Counted from the stretch's first letter, positions 51,138 to 64,000 are shown. The stretch is 64,000 nucleotides of DNA from Octopus bimaculoides (GCF_001194135.2 NC_068984.1:75480177-75544176); one strand, 5' to 3'. Notes: generated by a model not told the origin, from the letters alone. Numbers and translations: made by a program.

Positions 51138-51996
51138 ACACAAAGAGTGCATTCTAAACATTTTGAAACTTTTTCACGGTAGATATTTATTAATTTCAAA
51201 GAATTGCAAAACTCTAATCTCCTTCAAACTCTAATCTATTTCAATGCACTTATGGTAGCTCGCCAGCCACTTCGTGAAAGCTCCATCGAATTTCTCCTAT
51301 GTGAAAGTGTCCTGGATCTTTGTCACAGCTTTTCTCATTTTATGTCTCGGATTGGAGAACAACCGAAGGTCACAGGAAGCAAGGGCTAAATTGCAAGGTG
51401 GAAGGACTATTTTCATATCCATCTCTATCAAGTTGGTGGTTATAAGAATGGAATTGTGGCCTGGTGTACAGTCCTGATGCAGGTGCTCTGGCCTTTTGCG
51501 ACAAGATCCCTTCCTGAATTCCCTGAAAACTGCCACAAATTACCTTTTTTATTGACCGTCTGGTGAGGGGTAACATTGTAGATGTAGATGATGCCTTTGC
51601 TGTCGAAAAAGGCGATCATCATGAGATTCTCAGTGGACTTGCTTTTCATAGCCTCTTTTGCCAGCGAAAAAAAGGTGCTCGACTCATAAAAGTTAGTCCA
51701 TAAGCAATCTGGAGCACTTCATACTGTAACGTTTTTACCCAGTTTAGCACGAAACTTTATTGCATAGCAAGCTTCCAAATTGTCTTCACCTCCTGACTGT
51801 ATTCTGAAAGCTAGTCAGCTGTGATAAGCAGTGTATTCAAAGCGCTATTACAACCGTCTTCTTCAGTCTAGAATAACGAAAGTTGGTAGATAAGCTTATT
51901 AGATGAATGTTAATGATACACTAAAATCACAATAATCTAGGACAGTTATAACTACTTCTCCTAGAACGCCTCAAAACGTCTGTAATGCATCTCGTA
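51138..51996 (-). mobile_element. mariner (DD34D-type) relic
   Basis: KSTENLMMIAFFDSKGII..VTPHQTVN; RKRPE.LHQD..PGHNS...CDLRLF. Degenerate TIRs gagtgcattctaaacattttga and reverse complement gagatgcattacagacgttttga, flanked by TA. Confidence 0.8.
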
Positions 51997-52387
51997 TATA
52001 AAATGTGTATTTGAGTGTGTATATGTGTGTTGTGTGTTGTTGTATGTGTGTATGCGTGTGTGTGTGTTGTGTCTATGTATAAAGGTATTATATGCAAGTG
52101 TATGTGAATTTATCTCTCTTAGCATCAGTAATTATAATGTAACCACATTAATGTTTATGCACATGAGATATAATCTTGTTTGCATATTTACGTTACAACT
52201 TTTAGTAAACATAAAATGGATTTAGACAAATATATTTACGTAAATAATATCGAATAAAAGCATTTCTTCCAATAGCTTTCCTTGTAAAGGAGAAATAAAA
52301 GTTTGATGTAAAATGCAATACCACTACACAAACATGTGTATATATATATATATATACCATTGGTTCCTCTATGTGTGAGATTATATT

Positions 52388-53394
52388 TAATTGGTGTTCG
52401 GGCTAAATTTGACAGTTTGCATAAGAAGCAAAACACAATATCCCATCTAAACATAAAATTACTTTTAAAGGTATGTTTAAAACTTCAAAATATATCAACT
52501 AGATTATGGCTGGGAGATAACAGTTTACTGAAAATCAAAGAGCCGCCCTCAGTTTACATCACGGCCTCAAGACGACTCCGGTAACAGGCGCATGCATTCC
52601 TCACTTTGTCCATAGCAAGATCTTCGAACACCTCCTTGATCTTAGCCCCAGCTTGGCTTTGGTGTTGCAGGCACAGCGGTTGGTATCTTTCTCAGCCGCG
52701 CTTCACACATAGCAACCTGTGGGATTACAATGGAGGGGAAGCTAGGGACCAGAAATTGGGGCGTGAAGTTGTAGAAACTCTCCGACAACCATATCTGACT
52801 TTTTCCGGAGGTGTGGCAATGAGCTGAATCCTGTTTCTACCCATATTACCTTTCAGCAACAACTCTTCCCAGCCAGGGTTTGACTACAGTCTCCAGCACC
52901 TTCACATAACTGCTGTTGGCATGTGTTGGCATGTGTTGGCATGACGTCATGTGTTGGTATGACGTCATCAGCGCCGGAGGCACATCCAAACACATTGCTG
53001 TTTGGGGAATATAGTCTACATGATGTTCACGTCATGTCATACAGCCTTCCGGCAGCAACCCTTTCCGGTCATGGTCTAAATTCAATCTCAAGTGGGTTCA
53101 CATAGCCGTTAACTGAGTTTAGGACACTTTACAATGCTGTGGGTTACAGTGTTCACAGAGTATTCAGCAGTAGTCATGGTGTCGGCATTTTGTTATCCAG
53201 TGCAAATCATCATGATAGAGGTAAATCTTTTCCAATATTCAGATCGCTTCCAGTCCTCCAGGTCAGCTAACTTTTACTCAACTACAACTTTAATCTTTGA
53301 GTTCTCCAATATTGTTGACTGTTCACCAATATATCAAGCTGTTCCTGCAAAAAGGAGATACAGAAATTGTCAAATTTAGCCCGAACACATTGTA
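52388..53394 (-). mobile_element. Tc1/mariner-superfamily (DD37D/maT-like) relic with TIRs
   Basis: 21-bp perfect TIR core gtgttcgggctaaatttgaca (52394-52414; inverted at 53368-53388). Transposase pieces VFGCASG.DDVIP, YVKVLETVVKPWL, QDSA.CHTSGK, KDTNRCACNTKA, RSRLEAV. Confidence 0.85.
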
Positions 53395-53448
53395 TACATA
53401 CATACACACCGTATGTATGTATGGACGTACATACATATATACATATTT

Positions 53449-53487
<39 letters not shown>

Positions 53488-53729
53488 TAATGTATGTCTG
53501 CGTGTATGTATGTATGTAAGTAGATAGATAGGTAGGTAGGTAGGTAGGTAGGTATCTATACATAGGTATGGTTGTATGGGAACATACATGATGACCATGT
53601 GTTAACCTATGCGTGTTTATATGTGCGTGTGTCTGTGTGTATGTGCATGTGTGCCTGTATGTGTATGTGTCTCTGTGTGTTTATATGATGCATCTTTTTT
53701 TATTACTAAGCTGCCAATTAAATGTAGAG

Positions 53730-54290
53730 GGTAAGCCGGATGGATTCAAAGAATTTTTAGAACAAGGCAAGAAACCTTGTTAGTCAATGAGGAACATAAC
53801 TCTAGAATATTGACCTCAGTTGTGGTCACCAGATACTGTAAAAGTTAATGGTTCCACTTGAAATAATCCAACTCTACAACACGAAGATTGCTACAATGCA
53901 TCAGATCAGAGACTAAGAAAGGTTGAAAAAGTTAATATTCTAAGTTTTAGAGCGAAGACGAGAAAGATATGCAGTAATACGTGTAGGAAAGATGCTGGAA
54001 GGACTACCAGCAAACTTTAGTCTTGAAAGATCTATTAAACCTCAAATAGGGCGCTACTACTTAGTGGCAAATATCCCATCCTTGCCATCCAGGTTTAAGA
54101 CCTAGTACTGCAAAAATTTAGGCGTCAAAGCTCCACAGCTTTCAATAACCTACCGAAAGGCTTAAGAGACCTGTATAGTGTAAATGTAAATGTATTCAAA
54201 ATACAACTGAACCTTCCACTGACAAGAATTCCGGATAGCCTACTTCGTGGCAGGAAACACAACTGGGGACAGCAAATTTGAGCTACCACA
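53730..54290 (+). mobile_element. CR1-clade LINE, decayed region downstream of RT
   Basis: QLWSP, LERRRERYA, KMLEGL.ANF, GVKAPQLFN.LPK.LRDL, VFK..L...PD motifs with frameshifts. Confidence 0.8.
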
Positions 54291-54292
54291 TG

Positions 54293-54342
<50 letters not shown>

Positions 54343-54699
54343 GAGTGCAAGTAATAAGAAAAATGGGTTCCAAGTGTAAATATATAAAAATAATTATAAA
54401 TACCTTCAAGACACGAAACCGTGTTTCTGCAGGACTGCTGGATCTGTAAACAGTCCAACTTATACAGATTTGTACATGCGTGGTATTTATATTATCTTGA
54501 CATATTTACACTTCAAAATGTTCTTTGGCCAATTACACTGGGTGCGCACGTGTGTGAGCGTTCCTGTACTTGTGTGTATGCTTGTGTGGATCTATGTTCC
54601 AGTGAGAAGATACATACATATACATAGATACACACTCACATACATACATACATACATACACACAAGCATACATACATATAAATGTATATATCATTCTTT

Positions 54700-54945
54700 T
54701 TTTTGTCGTTTACTTGTTTCGGTCATTTTGCTGCGGCCATGTTGGAGCACCGCCTTAAAGGGTTTTATTCAAACAAATCGATTCCAGAGCTGGAGCTTTT
54801 TAAGCCTAGCTCTTATTCTAGCGGTCTCTTTTGCCAAACCGCTAAGTTACAGAGACGTAAACACACTAACATCAGTTGTCAAGTGATGATGTGGGTACAA
54901 CACAGACACAAAGACATACATACACATAAATATATACATACATAT
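54700..54945 (-). mobile_element. SINE family C, 3' half
   Basis: cttgtttcggtcattttgctgcggccatgttggagcaccgcc...gctaagttac...ggtacaacacagacac. Confidence 0.85.
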
Positions 54946-54950
54946 ATTAT

Positions 54951-55027
54951 GGGGTGAAGGCGCATAGGTTAGCGGCTAGAGCGTCGAGCTTACGATCGTG
55001 AGGTTGTGAGTTCGAATCCCGGACCAG
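54951..55027 (+). mobile_element. Isolated tRNA-like SINE head (A and B boxes), truncated
   Basis: ggtgaaggcgcataggttagcggctagagcg...gagttcgaatcccggacc. Confidence 0.7.
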
Positions 55028-55465
55028 GATAATACAGGATTTTCTTCAAGTAATGCCTCAAGGAGCTTATCATCAAACTCAACTGGAAGTCCTGTTCGAT
55101 TTTCATCTTCAAGGCTGAAATCTCCACTTCTGAATTTTGCAAACCATCTTCTGCAAGTTCTTTCATTCAAGCATTCTTTCCCATAAACTGAGTGTATGTT
55201 TTGAGTGGCTTGGGCTGCAGAGTTTCCTTTTTTGTACTCATAAAGCATTATTTGCCTTAAATGCTCTTTGGATACTTCCATGTTAGAAAGGGTTTTAGTC
55301 GAAGAAATTTTAATTCTATTATTCTGTAAAATAATATTTAATTAGTTTAAATGTACACAATTGCATAAAAATAATCTTTAATTCTATTAGACATTCTAAA
55401 ATACTATTAAATTTCATTCAATTTTAAAAAAGGTAAAATCGGACAGAACTTATGTGATGACCTGA
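55028..55465 (-). mobile_element. mariner 5' half: TIR and intact HTH-coding N-terminus
   Basis: TIR reverse complement TCAGGTCATCACATAAGTTCTGTCCGATTTT ending at 55465 with TA. ORF from 55281 reads MEVSKEHLRQIMLYEYKKGNSAAQATQNIHSVYG...TCRRWFAKFRSGDFSLEDENRTGLP..FDDKLLEALLEENP (Mos1/SETMAR-type HTH). Confidence 0.92.
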
Positions 55466-55803
55466 TATATTGACTGAGTAAGAGAGTAAATGAGTGAATG
55501 AGTGAGTGAGTGAGTGAGTGAGTGAGTGAGTGAGTGAAAAGTGAGTGAGTGATTAAGCGATTGATTGATAGAATCATTGTAGTGCTGAGATTATTGTTTA
55601 TAACCACTTACAGTTTCTATCACTGATCACAATAATCCGAAAAACGATAGCTGATCACGAAACTTTAACAGAACGTAATATCAGCACCACGCTAATTGCA
55701 CTCTTCTTTTGTACTGGGTATTTTTTACTCTTGTTTGTAAACTCTAACTCACACATAAATGTATATAAATATACATCTGTACATGATCTATGTGTGTGTA
55801 TAC

Positions 55804-55875
<72 letters not shown>

Positions 55876-57625
55876 TTATAAATATGCTTGTGTGTGTGCG
55901 TGTGTGTTCGTGTGTGTATGTTTATACATACTTATATCCTTATGCACACACAAAGGGAAAGCTAAAGCTTAAACAAACGTATGACGCTAAGTACGTCATC
56001 CGAATGAATAAATAATATATTTGACATAATGGAAAGTATACCTTGCACGCTATTCCGGCGAAAAACGCCATTTTGAAATACGATCTAATGATACATCAAC
56101 TTTCTTTTATAAATCTTGCTTTCAATATTATGAAACTAGCATTGAATGATTGAAGTTTCCGATTTACTGTAGCTGCATGTTTCTCATATTTGTTCATGTT
56201 CACAATATTTGCTCATCAACTTGTTTCTGTGCAATGCTTTTTATTGAAGAAAAATATATAACCTGTACAAAAAGGTAAGATTTATTCTGGCTGTTGGTTT
56301 TCATCTTTCATTCTTTGTCCTATAATTGAATGCATTCTAGCTGTATGCATTTCCTATTTTACTCATACATAGAGTAATCAAGGGCTATTTATTATCCAGT
56401 GTGTCATTCCAGTTTTTTTTTTTTACGTTGAAATGGCTTCTATTTCTAGTATATTGATCGATTGATTAGGGTTTCTTTCTTTAACTTGTTGTTCATTAGC
56501 CCCAGACCATCTGTGATGAAACAGATCTCCGATAAAAAGTATTCCAGCCAAGAATATCCGGTCATTCAGATACCTAAGACAAGAATACAAAATCTAATGC
56601 ACCGTTTCCTATTTTTAAGAGAGTAGAATGTTATTTGAGGAAAAATTGGTTGCCATTTCTTACAAGTCCAGTGATTATTTAGCGACTTATTCGTTGAGTC
56701 AAACGAGAAATTTATGTCAATTCGATCAGATTTATGATTAAAGGTGGTTCAGTGGTGATCATCTCGTATATTAATCTAGTAGTACAAAAACGGACGGCGA
56801 TATACACTGTAACATATCTGCTCTTTCTTTAGACTTGGCCAGTCTTTACTCGAAACAAATTTATATGCTTGCTACGTCATGATCTGCGGTTTACAACATA
56901 CACATTCGATCCAAGTGCGCATTGTAAGCTTGGGCAACTATTTTCTGCATAACTTCATGTCGCTCAATACGTTATGAGCGTTGTTTGGTGGGTGTATATG
57001 TTTATACGTGTATATATATGCTCGTGCGTTTGCGTTTCCATTAATGCTTCTATTAAATAAGTACTGGGGGTGATGTGATTAACAATATCCTTCAAGGTGA
57101 TACCCAATTATGACCGTAGTTGCATGACTGAAACTCATAAAAAAAATAATTGAATGTATTGGGTTATCAGCTTCCCAAACAATAGTTATTCGTTGAAATT
57201 CATGTATTCCTTCCATTACTTTAAATATTGTAAAAAAAAAAAAAAAGAAAAAAGAAAGAAGAACAAGCATAAAAATTTGAATGCCAGTCTATTCGTCGGA
57301 CTGCGGGGATCGTTTTTAAAACTTGATCAATATAATCTATAAGTTTTCTGAATGCTTAGGTGCGTTTATGTGTCCTTAGTGTGCGCTTATGCGGCTGTTT
57401 GTGGCAGTGCTTTTAGGAATGTATGTCAAATTGTATATGTTTGGGTATATGATACGGAAATATTTTTTAGAAGCAAGAAAAAGACACAAAAATAAAAGAT
57501 TCGTAGGATTCGGTTTCACCCCTCTGAATTCTAATTCTACTGCAGTATCTACACGCACACACACGCACGCACACACACACGCACACACACACACACACAC
57601 ANNNNNNNNNNACGCACACACACAC

Positions 57626-57682
<57 letters not shown>

Positions 57683-57804
57683 CATATACACATATGCATA
57701 TATATGTATACATACATATATACATATACATATATATATATACAAACACACATATATACATATATACAAATATATATATGTGAGTGAATATACCNNNNNN
57801 NNNN

Positions 57805-57839
<35 letters not shown>

Positions 57840-59085
57840 TGTATATGTATGTATGTGTGTATGTAAATATATATACATATATGATATATCGACTGACAGA
57901 CTGATGTAATTTGCTACATAGAATTTCGCCAGACGGATTACATACTGATACCCTCTTGAGGTACATTTCCTTGTTGTTATAGGATACTTTTGTTGATATT
58001 TTTAAGTAGAAAGTCGCATTTGTAAACTGCATTATGTATTATATTAATACATTGCTCCACAATGTATTTAGTTTTCTATACTCCAGACCACAGTATGTAT
58101 GTATGTACACACACACACACACACACACACATATGAACATTTATAAATATTTAAACCTCTATACATACATAATAAATACATACATAAATACATGCATACA
58201 TACATACATACATACATACATTCGTCCATACGTACGTACATACATACATACATACATACATACGTACGTACGTACATACATACATACATACATGCACATC
58301 GTAGAACGAGCGACTTATTAAATCATCTTTTCTAGAACATTGATTAAGATTAAAAGCTTCAAAGCAGAAAGTAGCTATTAAATCTAGGTAGAGACTATAT
58401 TTGTTCTCTATAGCTTTATTATTCCAAACTTAACGTAAATGAATGTCATTCATGTTGAATATTTGCTGCACAGTAGTGTAGTTGTAAAAGTAACCAAAAA
58501 GAAAAAAAAGCTGAAGTTGTTTTCGTAAAGTTAATCAATTCTGCCTTTCATGCTATGCTATATATTAATATATTTCTCCCTCACTGATCACTTTCGTTTT
58601 TCTTTTTCTTTTTTTTTTTTACAGTAGCTGAAAGAAAATCGAAATATAGATATCAGTGTAGAAATAGTGTCTGTGATCTGTTGGTTCAATATATATATAT
58701 ATTTATACAGGTTCATGCCGTAGCATGCTTGTATTTTACGTCAGTTCAATGCACACATAAATCTATCTTTCTGTGCTGGTTATTTTCACGAAAAATGAAA
58801 ACGTGGAGCAACCATGCTCAATGAGGANNNNNNNNNNNNNNNNNNNNNNNNNNNNNNNNNNNNNNNNNNNNNNNNNNNNNNNNNNNNNNNNNNNNNNNNN
58901 NNNNNNNNNNNNNNNNNNNNNNNNNNNNNNNNNNNNNNNNNNGTGTAAAAAATACTCCATTCATGGCAGGTCTCTATAAATTTGCCCCTTTATACCTTTC
59001 AAAGAAACTTATATTAAAACAATAACAGCAATCGTAATAATAATAATAATAATAATGATAATAATAATGATAGTAATAATAATAA

Positions 59086-59131
<46 letters not shown>

Positions 59132-59418
59132 AGCAATAAAAACAAACTGAGAATGTGCCTAAAATATAGTTCCTTTTGTGACACTCATATTTTTTACGCA
59201 GCCGTCGGTGTGACGCTAGTGTCATGTAGCTAATATTTTATCGTGTTTTTTTCTTTTTAAATTATTGTTATGGTCCGGGCCGGTGCCCAGCGCAGGTTTT
59301 CTGTTGAAACTTTATCAGGTGAATGTGTGTTTTTGCCGCATCCTGGGTATGTGTATACATACATACATACATACATACATACATACATACATACATACAT
59401 ACATACATACATGCATAC

Positions 59419-59805
59419 GTGGAGGCGCAATGGCCCAGTGGTTAGGGCAGCGGACTCGCGTTCGTAGGATCGTGGTTTCGATTCCCAGACCAGGGTTTTG
59501 TGAGTCTTTATTGAGCGAAAACACCTGAAGTTCCACATGGCTCCGGTAAGGGATGGTGGCGAACCCTGCTGTACTCTTTCACCACAACTTTCTCTCGCTC
59601 TTTCTTCCTGTTTCTGTTGTACCTGTATTTGAAAGGGCCGGCCTTGTCACTCTATGTCACGCTGACTCTCCCCGGGAACTACGTTAATGGTACGCGTGCC
59701 TGTGGAGTGCTCAGCCACTTGCACGTTAATTTCACGAGCAGGCTGTTCCGTTGATCGGATCAATTGGAACCCTCGTCGTCGTAACTGACGGAATGCCAAC
59801 CAACC
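59419..59805 (+). mobile_element. SINE family A, full length, within (ACAT)n
   Basis: gtggaggcgcaatggcccagtggttagggcagcgg...cgtcgtaactgacggaatgccaacc. Confidence 0.92.
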
Positions 59806-59829
59806 ACATACATACATACATACTGAGCG

Positions 59830-60090
59830 GAATTTTGGGCAAATATATTTGTGAGTAAATTTGGTGAATGGGAGCTGCATCGAATATGTATTTATGAATG
59901 TGTCTATCTTTGAGTTTCTATTTGTCTCCCCACCAACTACGACTTCACTACCGGTATTGGTTTGTGTACGTACCCCCAAAGTATTAATTCGCCAAAAGAC
60001 GAACCTATAGGATAAGTACCTGACTTTATATTTCACCTGAGGTCGATTCGTTCAAATAAACCCTTCAGTGCAATGCTCCAGCATGTCTAC
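59830..60090 (+). mobile_element. SINE family C, decayed, lacking head
   Basis: ttgtgagtaaatttggtg...ccggtattggtttg...ataggataagtacc...atgctccagcatg. Confidence 0.6.
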
Positions 60091-60254
60091 AGTGCAATGC
60101 ATGTATGTATATATGTGTGTGCCTGCGTGTGTGTCTCTGTGTGTATGTGTGTGTGTTTGTGTGTGTATGTATGTACGTACGTACGTACGTACGTATGTAT
60201 GTATGTATGCATGTATGTATATATGTATGTATGTATACAGGTAGGTATAATCTG

Positions 60255-60365
60255 TTTCAAATTCAGACGAGGTAATCGTTGCCTTTCACCCTTGTAGAGA
60301 AATCGATAAAGTAATATACCGGTCAAGCACATATAGACCTCATCAAATACACCCCTACCCCAAAA
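60255..60365 (+). mobile_element. SINE family B fragment
   Basis: gtttcaaattcagacgagg...gcctttcaccctt...tcgataaagta. Confidence 0.6.
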
Positions 60366-61407
60366 TTTCCGTGTTAGAATTAAATGCATCGAAGTCCTCC
60401 GTTGTATTTGTATGACTATCTCTCCCCCGTCTCTCTCTCCCTCGTCTCTCTCTTTCTTTCTCAGTCTCTCGCCTTTTCTAACAAAGAATGCTTCTATGAA
60501 AACGAGATTAATAATCCCTACTTTTACTAATCTCTTATTTATCATGTATATAATAGTTTCCTTTGCTCTTCCGTTTTAATGTCTGCTTATTTAACATGCT
60601 TCATTATAAATGGATGACTAATGCCTAGAATGAATCATTTAATTTTTTCCCTGTTCCTTTTAGTCTTTGTATGGTGGCTATAGCGAGAAATGTTCTAGGG
60701 TGGAGATATGAACGGCATAAAAACAGGGACTTTCCTTCTTTGATAGAGTCCTCCCCAGTTGATTTGTTTCAAATTTCACTTCAGTAAAGAAGGTGAGGAT
60801 GGAAGTGACGAAGTTATCCTTGAACGAATTTATTGGATTGTGGGTCAAAGTAGGTAAAAGAACATGTGTAGCTGGGACAGCCCTGAATTTACGTCTGTAG
60901 GGAGGGAACTTTTTCATTTTCATAATGATCTTGGTTCTGCAGGATTCCTCGGCAGACCCTATATGGAGCCAGGATGTGCCAGGAAGACTGTGTCGCCATC
61001 GATATTCATTGTATCTGCCATATGTACTTGTAGTTCATGCTCATCTTTCTTCATACTATATTCAGTAAAAGCAAAAAACCCCACAGTTTGTGTCTTTGTA
61101 ATAGATCCCTTCATTCGTTGGCCAGGGTCAAAATAAAAGAAATCATCACCACCAGAATCGTCGTCATCAACATCATTATCATCACATCATCAAGATCATC
61201 GTTTTATTTAATTACAGAAATGACATTCTTGACGTTTTTGTGTTTAGATATTTTGAGATTTTTTTTTTACTACTTCCTTCTCTTACATGATTTTTATCTC
61301 AAGAAATTGTCTATTACGTGACATTCTCTTTTTTTCATGTCAATTGTAATGATACGTGGGCTGCGGCGCCCAATTGTTCTGTACCTTCATCATCGTCGCC
61401 GCCGTCG

Positions 61408-61436
<29 letters not shown>

Positions 61437-61487
<51 letters not shown>

Positions 61488-64000
61488 CAAAAGCCATTGC
61501 ATGCTAATTTAATATTTAATGCGATGTTATCCTGAGGTTTGGTAACAACAAGTTTTCTGATATCTCAGGAATCTTTCTGGGGATTCTTATAGAATACAGC
61601 TTAGGACGTTTTGCAATGTTCATCAATTACCATAAGAACAATCTCCAACTTTTGTTCCAGAATCTCTTCGTCTCTCTGTCTAGATCTTGGTATTTCTCAA
61701 TTTTTAGATTTCTTTGATATCCACTCTACTAGCATATGAGATTGCAAAGCCAATGATCTTATATTCTTTGTTCTTTCTAAGCGGTTATAATTAGCGAATC
61801 CGTTTCTCGTTTCAAGTTTCCATCTTTCAGTCGCCACTATTGCTCTTCACTTTCAACATCCTCGGTTTGCTGCATGATTTAGCTATGTAGTGCTTTCTCT
61901 TGCTGGCTATTTATTTTATCGTTCTTTTCTTAAAATTTCTCAGTTTCTGTGACCTCTTCCATATTTCAAGCCCATATTTCAAGCCTTATTCCATAATGCG
62001 TAACATAGTTTTCCAAACCCAAAATGACAAAATTGCTGGTGTCTTCTCCATTTAATAAATCTCCGCCTCCATCCTCTTTTGGTAAATAGAACCTAGCGAT
62101 ATTACTTGTTGAGTTAGTTTTGTTTCAAGTTTAGTTTTCATTTAGTTTTACTTGAAACGCCTTCCTAACTTTTCTCTTGTACTCATTGAAGACTTCTTTG
62201 CTCCCTTTCCTTTGTTTCACCATCCTGCAGCATCCCTATATACTTGAATCCTTTGATGATCTAATGATATCATTTTGCGACAACTTTATCGCATCACATT
62301 TGCAAATTCGACCTCATTTCTTTATAAATATTGCACATTTGTGATTATTCTTTTCTTTTATTCTTTTACTTGTTTCGGTCATTTGACTGCGGCCATGCTG
62401 GAGCACTGCCTTTAGTCGAGCAAATCGACCCCAGGACTTATTCTTTAGAAGCCTAGTACTTATTCTATCGGTCTCTTTTTGCCGAACCGCTAAGTTACGG
62501 GGACGTAAACACACCACCATCGGTTGTCAAGCGATGTTGGGGGGACAGACACACAAACATATACACACACATACATATACATAAACATATATATATATAC
62601 GATGGGCTTCTTTCAGTTTCCGTCTACCAAATCCACTCACAAGGCATTGGTTGACCAGTGGGATAAAGTAGAAGACACTTGCCCAAGGTGACACGCAGTG
62701 AGAATGAACCCAGGACCATGTGGCTGGTAAGCAAGCTACTTACCACACATCCACTCCTGCGCTGTTCCCTTTGACATATGCGTGAACAAAAGGAACAACA
62801 CACGAAAATAAAGGAAAGAACTAGTCTCCCTAGAATATGCGGCTCCTGAGTTTCCACGCTTCCTAATGGTTCCTTTTTAGTATTATATTTCTACTTCCTA
62901 AGATCTCACTGCTTTCCTAAAATTTATTTATCTTCTCATAGATCCTAGATGACTACAATGGATCATTAAGCCAATAGTGCGATACATTATCTTATGCTTC
63001 TTTGTAGTCTATCCAAACAACAACTACATTCTTTCTTATCCGCACTTCATTTAGAATCTTCCTCTCAGTATACAAGAGCTAAGCAGTTCCTCTTGATTTC
63101 TTTCTGCATCCCTTTCGCTTCTCTGGTAATAGTTTCTCCTGCCACGAAGCCAACAATTTCCAGAGTAATAATACGCATGTAATACGCCTAAAATTATTGA
63201 CTTCCTCTCCATTTTCTATACCCTTATGTATTGACAGACCTTTTTGTCATCCATGCCGGTCTTCCATTGTTTTATACAGTTAGTTAGAAACGGTTGTTTA
63301 TAACTCTACATGTTTAAATATGTGAACACCATCGAGTCTAGAAGCTTTCCAGTTTGGTTTTTTTTAAAGCATAATTTTTACAACTTCTTTTCTAATATCT
63401 ACATCCTCTTTATTTGATCTGTTTCTCATTTCAATTTTAGACTCCCGTAACCAATCTGTATTGAACCTTTTTGCTCCTAATATCTCGCTAAATAGTCTCT
63501 ACTACTTCAGTAATTGGTATAGCTTTCACCTGATATTCATTCTTATTGTTCACTGGTAGTAAAATATTATTCCAGTATTTCTGTTATTTAGTACTTTTAA
63601 CCATCTTTGCCTTAATATTTTCTTGTTTCTTCTCTTTGGCTACCTGTAATTCTCTGTTCGTAATGTATCTACTATTATACTTTGGTTGAAGCTTGCCCTT
63701 ATCTCTTTACTTTACCATCTTCTTTTCACCTATTGTATTTATCCTTTTTAAGATCGTTATTGAGCTACAAAACTTGATTCTCAAGTCTCCTTTTCCACCA
63801 TGTGTCTTTGCCACTTTTTTTCCACTTGTCTTTTAACCCCAAGAATTTCTGCATGAACAGAAGCCACATAGTATAAGACGCTTTTTACATCTGTTATATT
63901 CTCAATTTTGTTGCTTGCCAACTCTATACTGCTTTTCGTACTTTTTCACTTGCGATTCTTTTCAAAGTTGCTAAACTCTCTCTATCGTTAGTTCTCGTCT
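61437..64000 (-). mobile_element. Large decayed RLE-type (R4/Dong-like) LINE running off the window end
   Basis: Minus strand, in order: WWKRRLENQV (~63800), PNWKAS.LDGV, LPEKRKGCRKKSRGT, WIDYKEA*DNVSHYW (RT), RIF*GD* (~62830), FKYIG, RFYLPKEDGG, RETDSLIITA, EKYQDL..ETKRFW, then a (TAA)n tail at 61437-61487. The YADD region was not found, apparently deleted. Confidence 0.88.
62346..62762 (-). mobile_element. SINE family C, full length, inserted in the RLE LINE RT domain
   Basis: Well-preserved head (GGAGTGG.TGTGTGGTAAGTAGCTTGC...GGGTTC), core and tail. Confidence 0.93.

Noticed and set aside
54951-55027. Possible tRNA gene
   Set aside because: It has A/B boxes but no complete acceptor stem; the same head type starts SINE family E, so it is a SINE head.

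Overview
AT-rich, microsatellite-saturated metazoan DNA from a gapped draft assembly. There are about 12 larger N-gaps, most flanked by (TA)n-type tracts. The SINE families and repeat landscape look like Octopus (cephalopod) DNA; this is pattern recognition, not a database result. No host protein-coding gene could be assembled; only one unassigned candidate exon was found (8422-8557, minus). The window is essentially intergenic/intronic transposon strata: (1) a 3.5-kb decayed Helitron Rep region (2295-5800, minus) carrying three nested retro-insertions; (2) a second Helitron with both termini and the PIF1 helicase C-terminus (26843-28443); (3) five fragments of an RLE-endonuclease (R4/Dong-like) LINE, plus CR1 and RTE 3' ends; (4) a Penelope-like element with a GIY-YIG ORF and a 430-bp inverted pLTR palindrome; (5) four Tc1/mariner-superfamily relics; (6) a hAT MITE and several other TIR MITEs; (7) more than 25 copies of at least four tRNA-headed SINE families, labelled A, B, C, E here, plus an unclassified repeat family D. 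The most unusual signal is a set of hammerhead-ribozyme-like motifs (12012, 12442, 26157, and a non-canonical family at 23347/23559/31281). Also notable are module swapping among SINEs and SINE 3' tails shared with the co-resident RTE and CR1 LINEs. Most long ORFs in the supplied track are microsatellite or N-gap artefacts.
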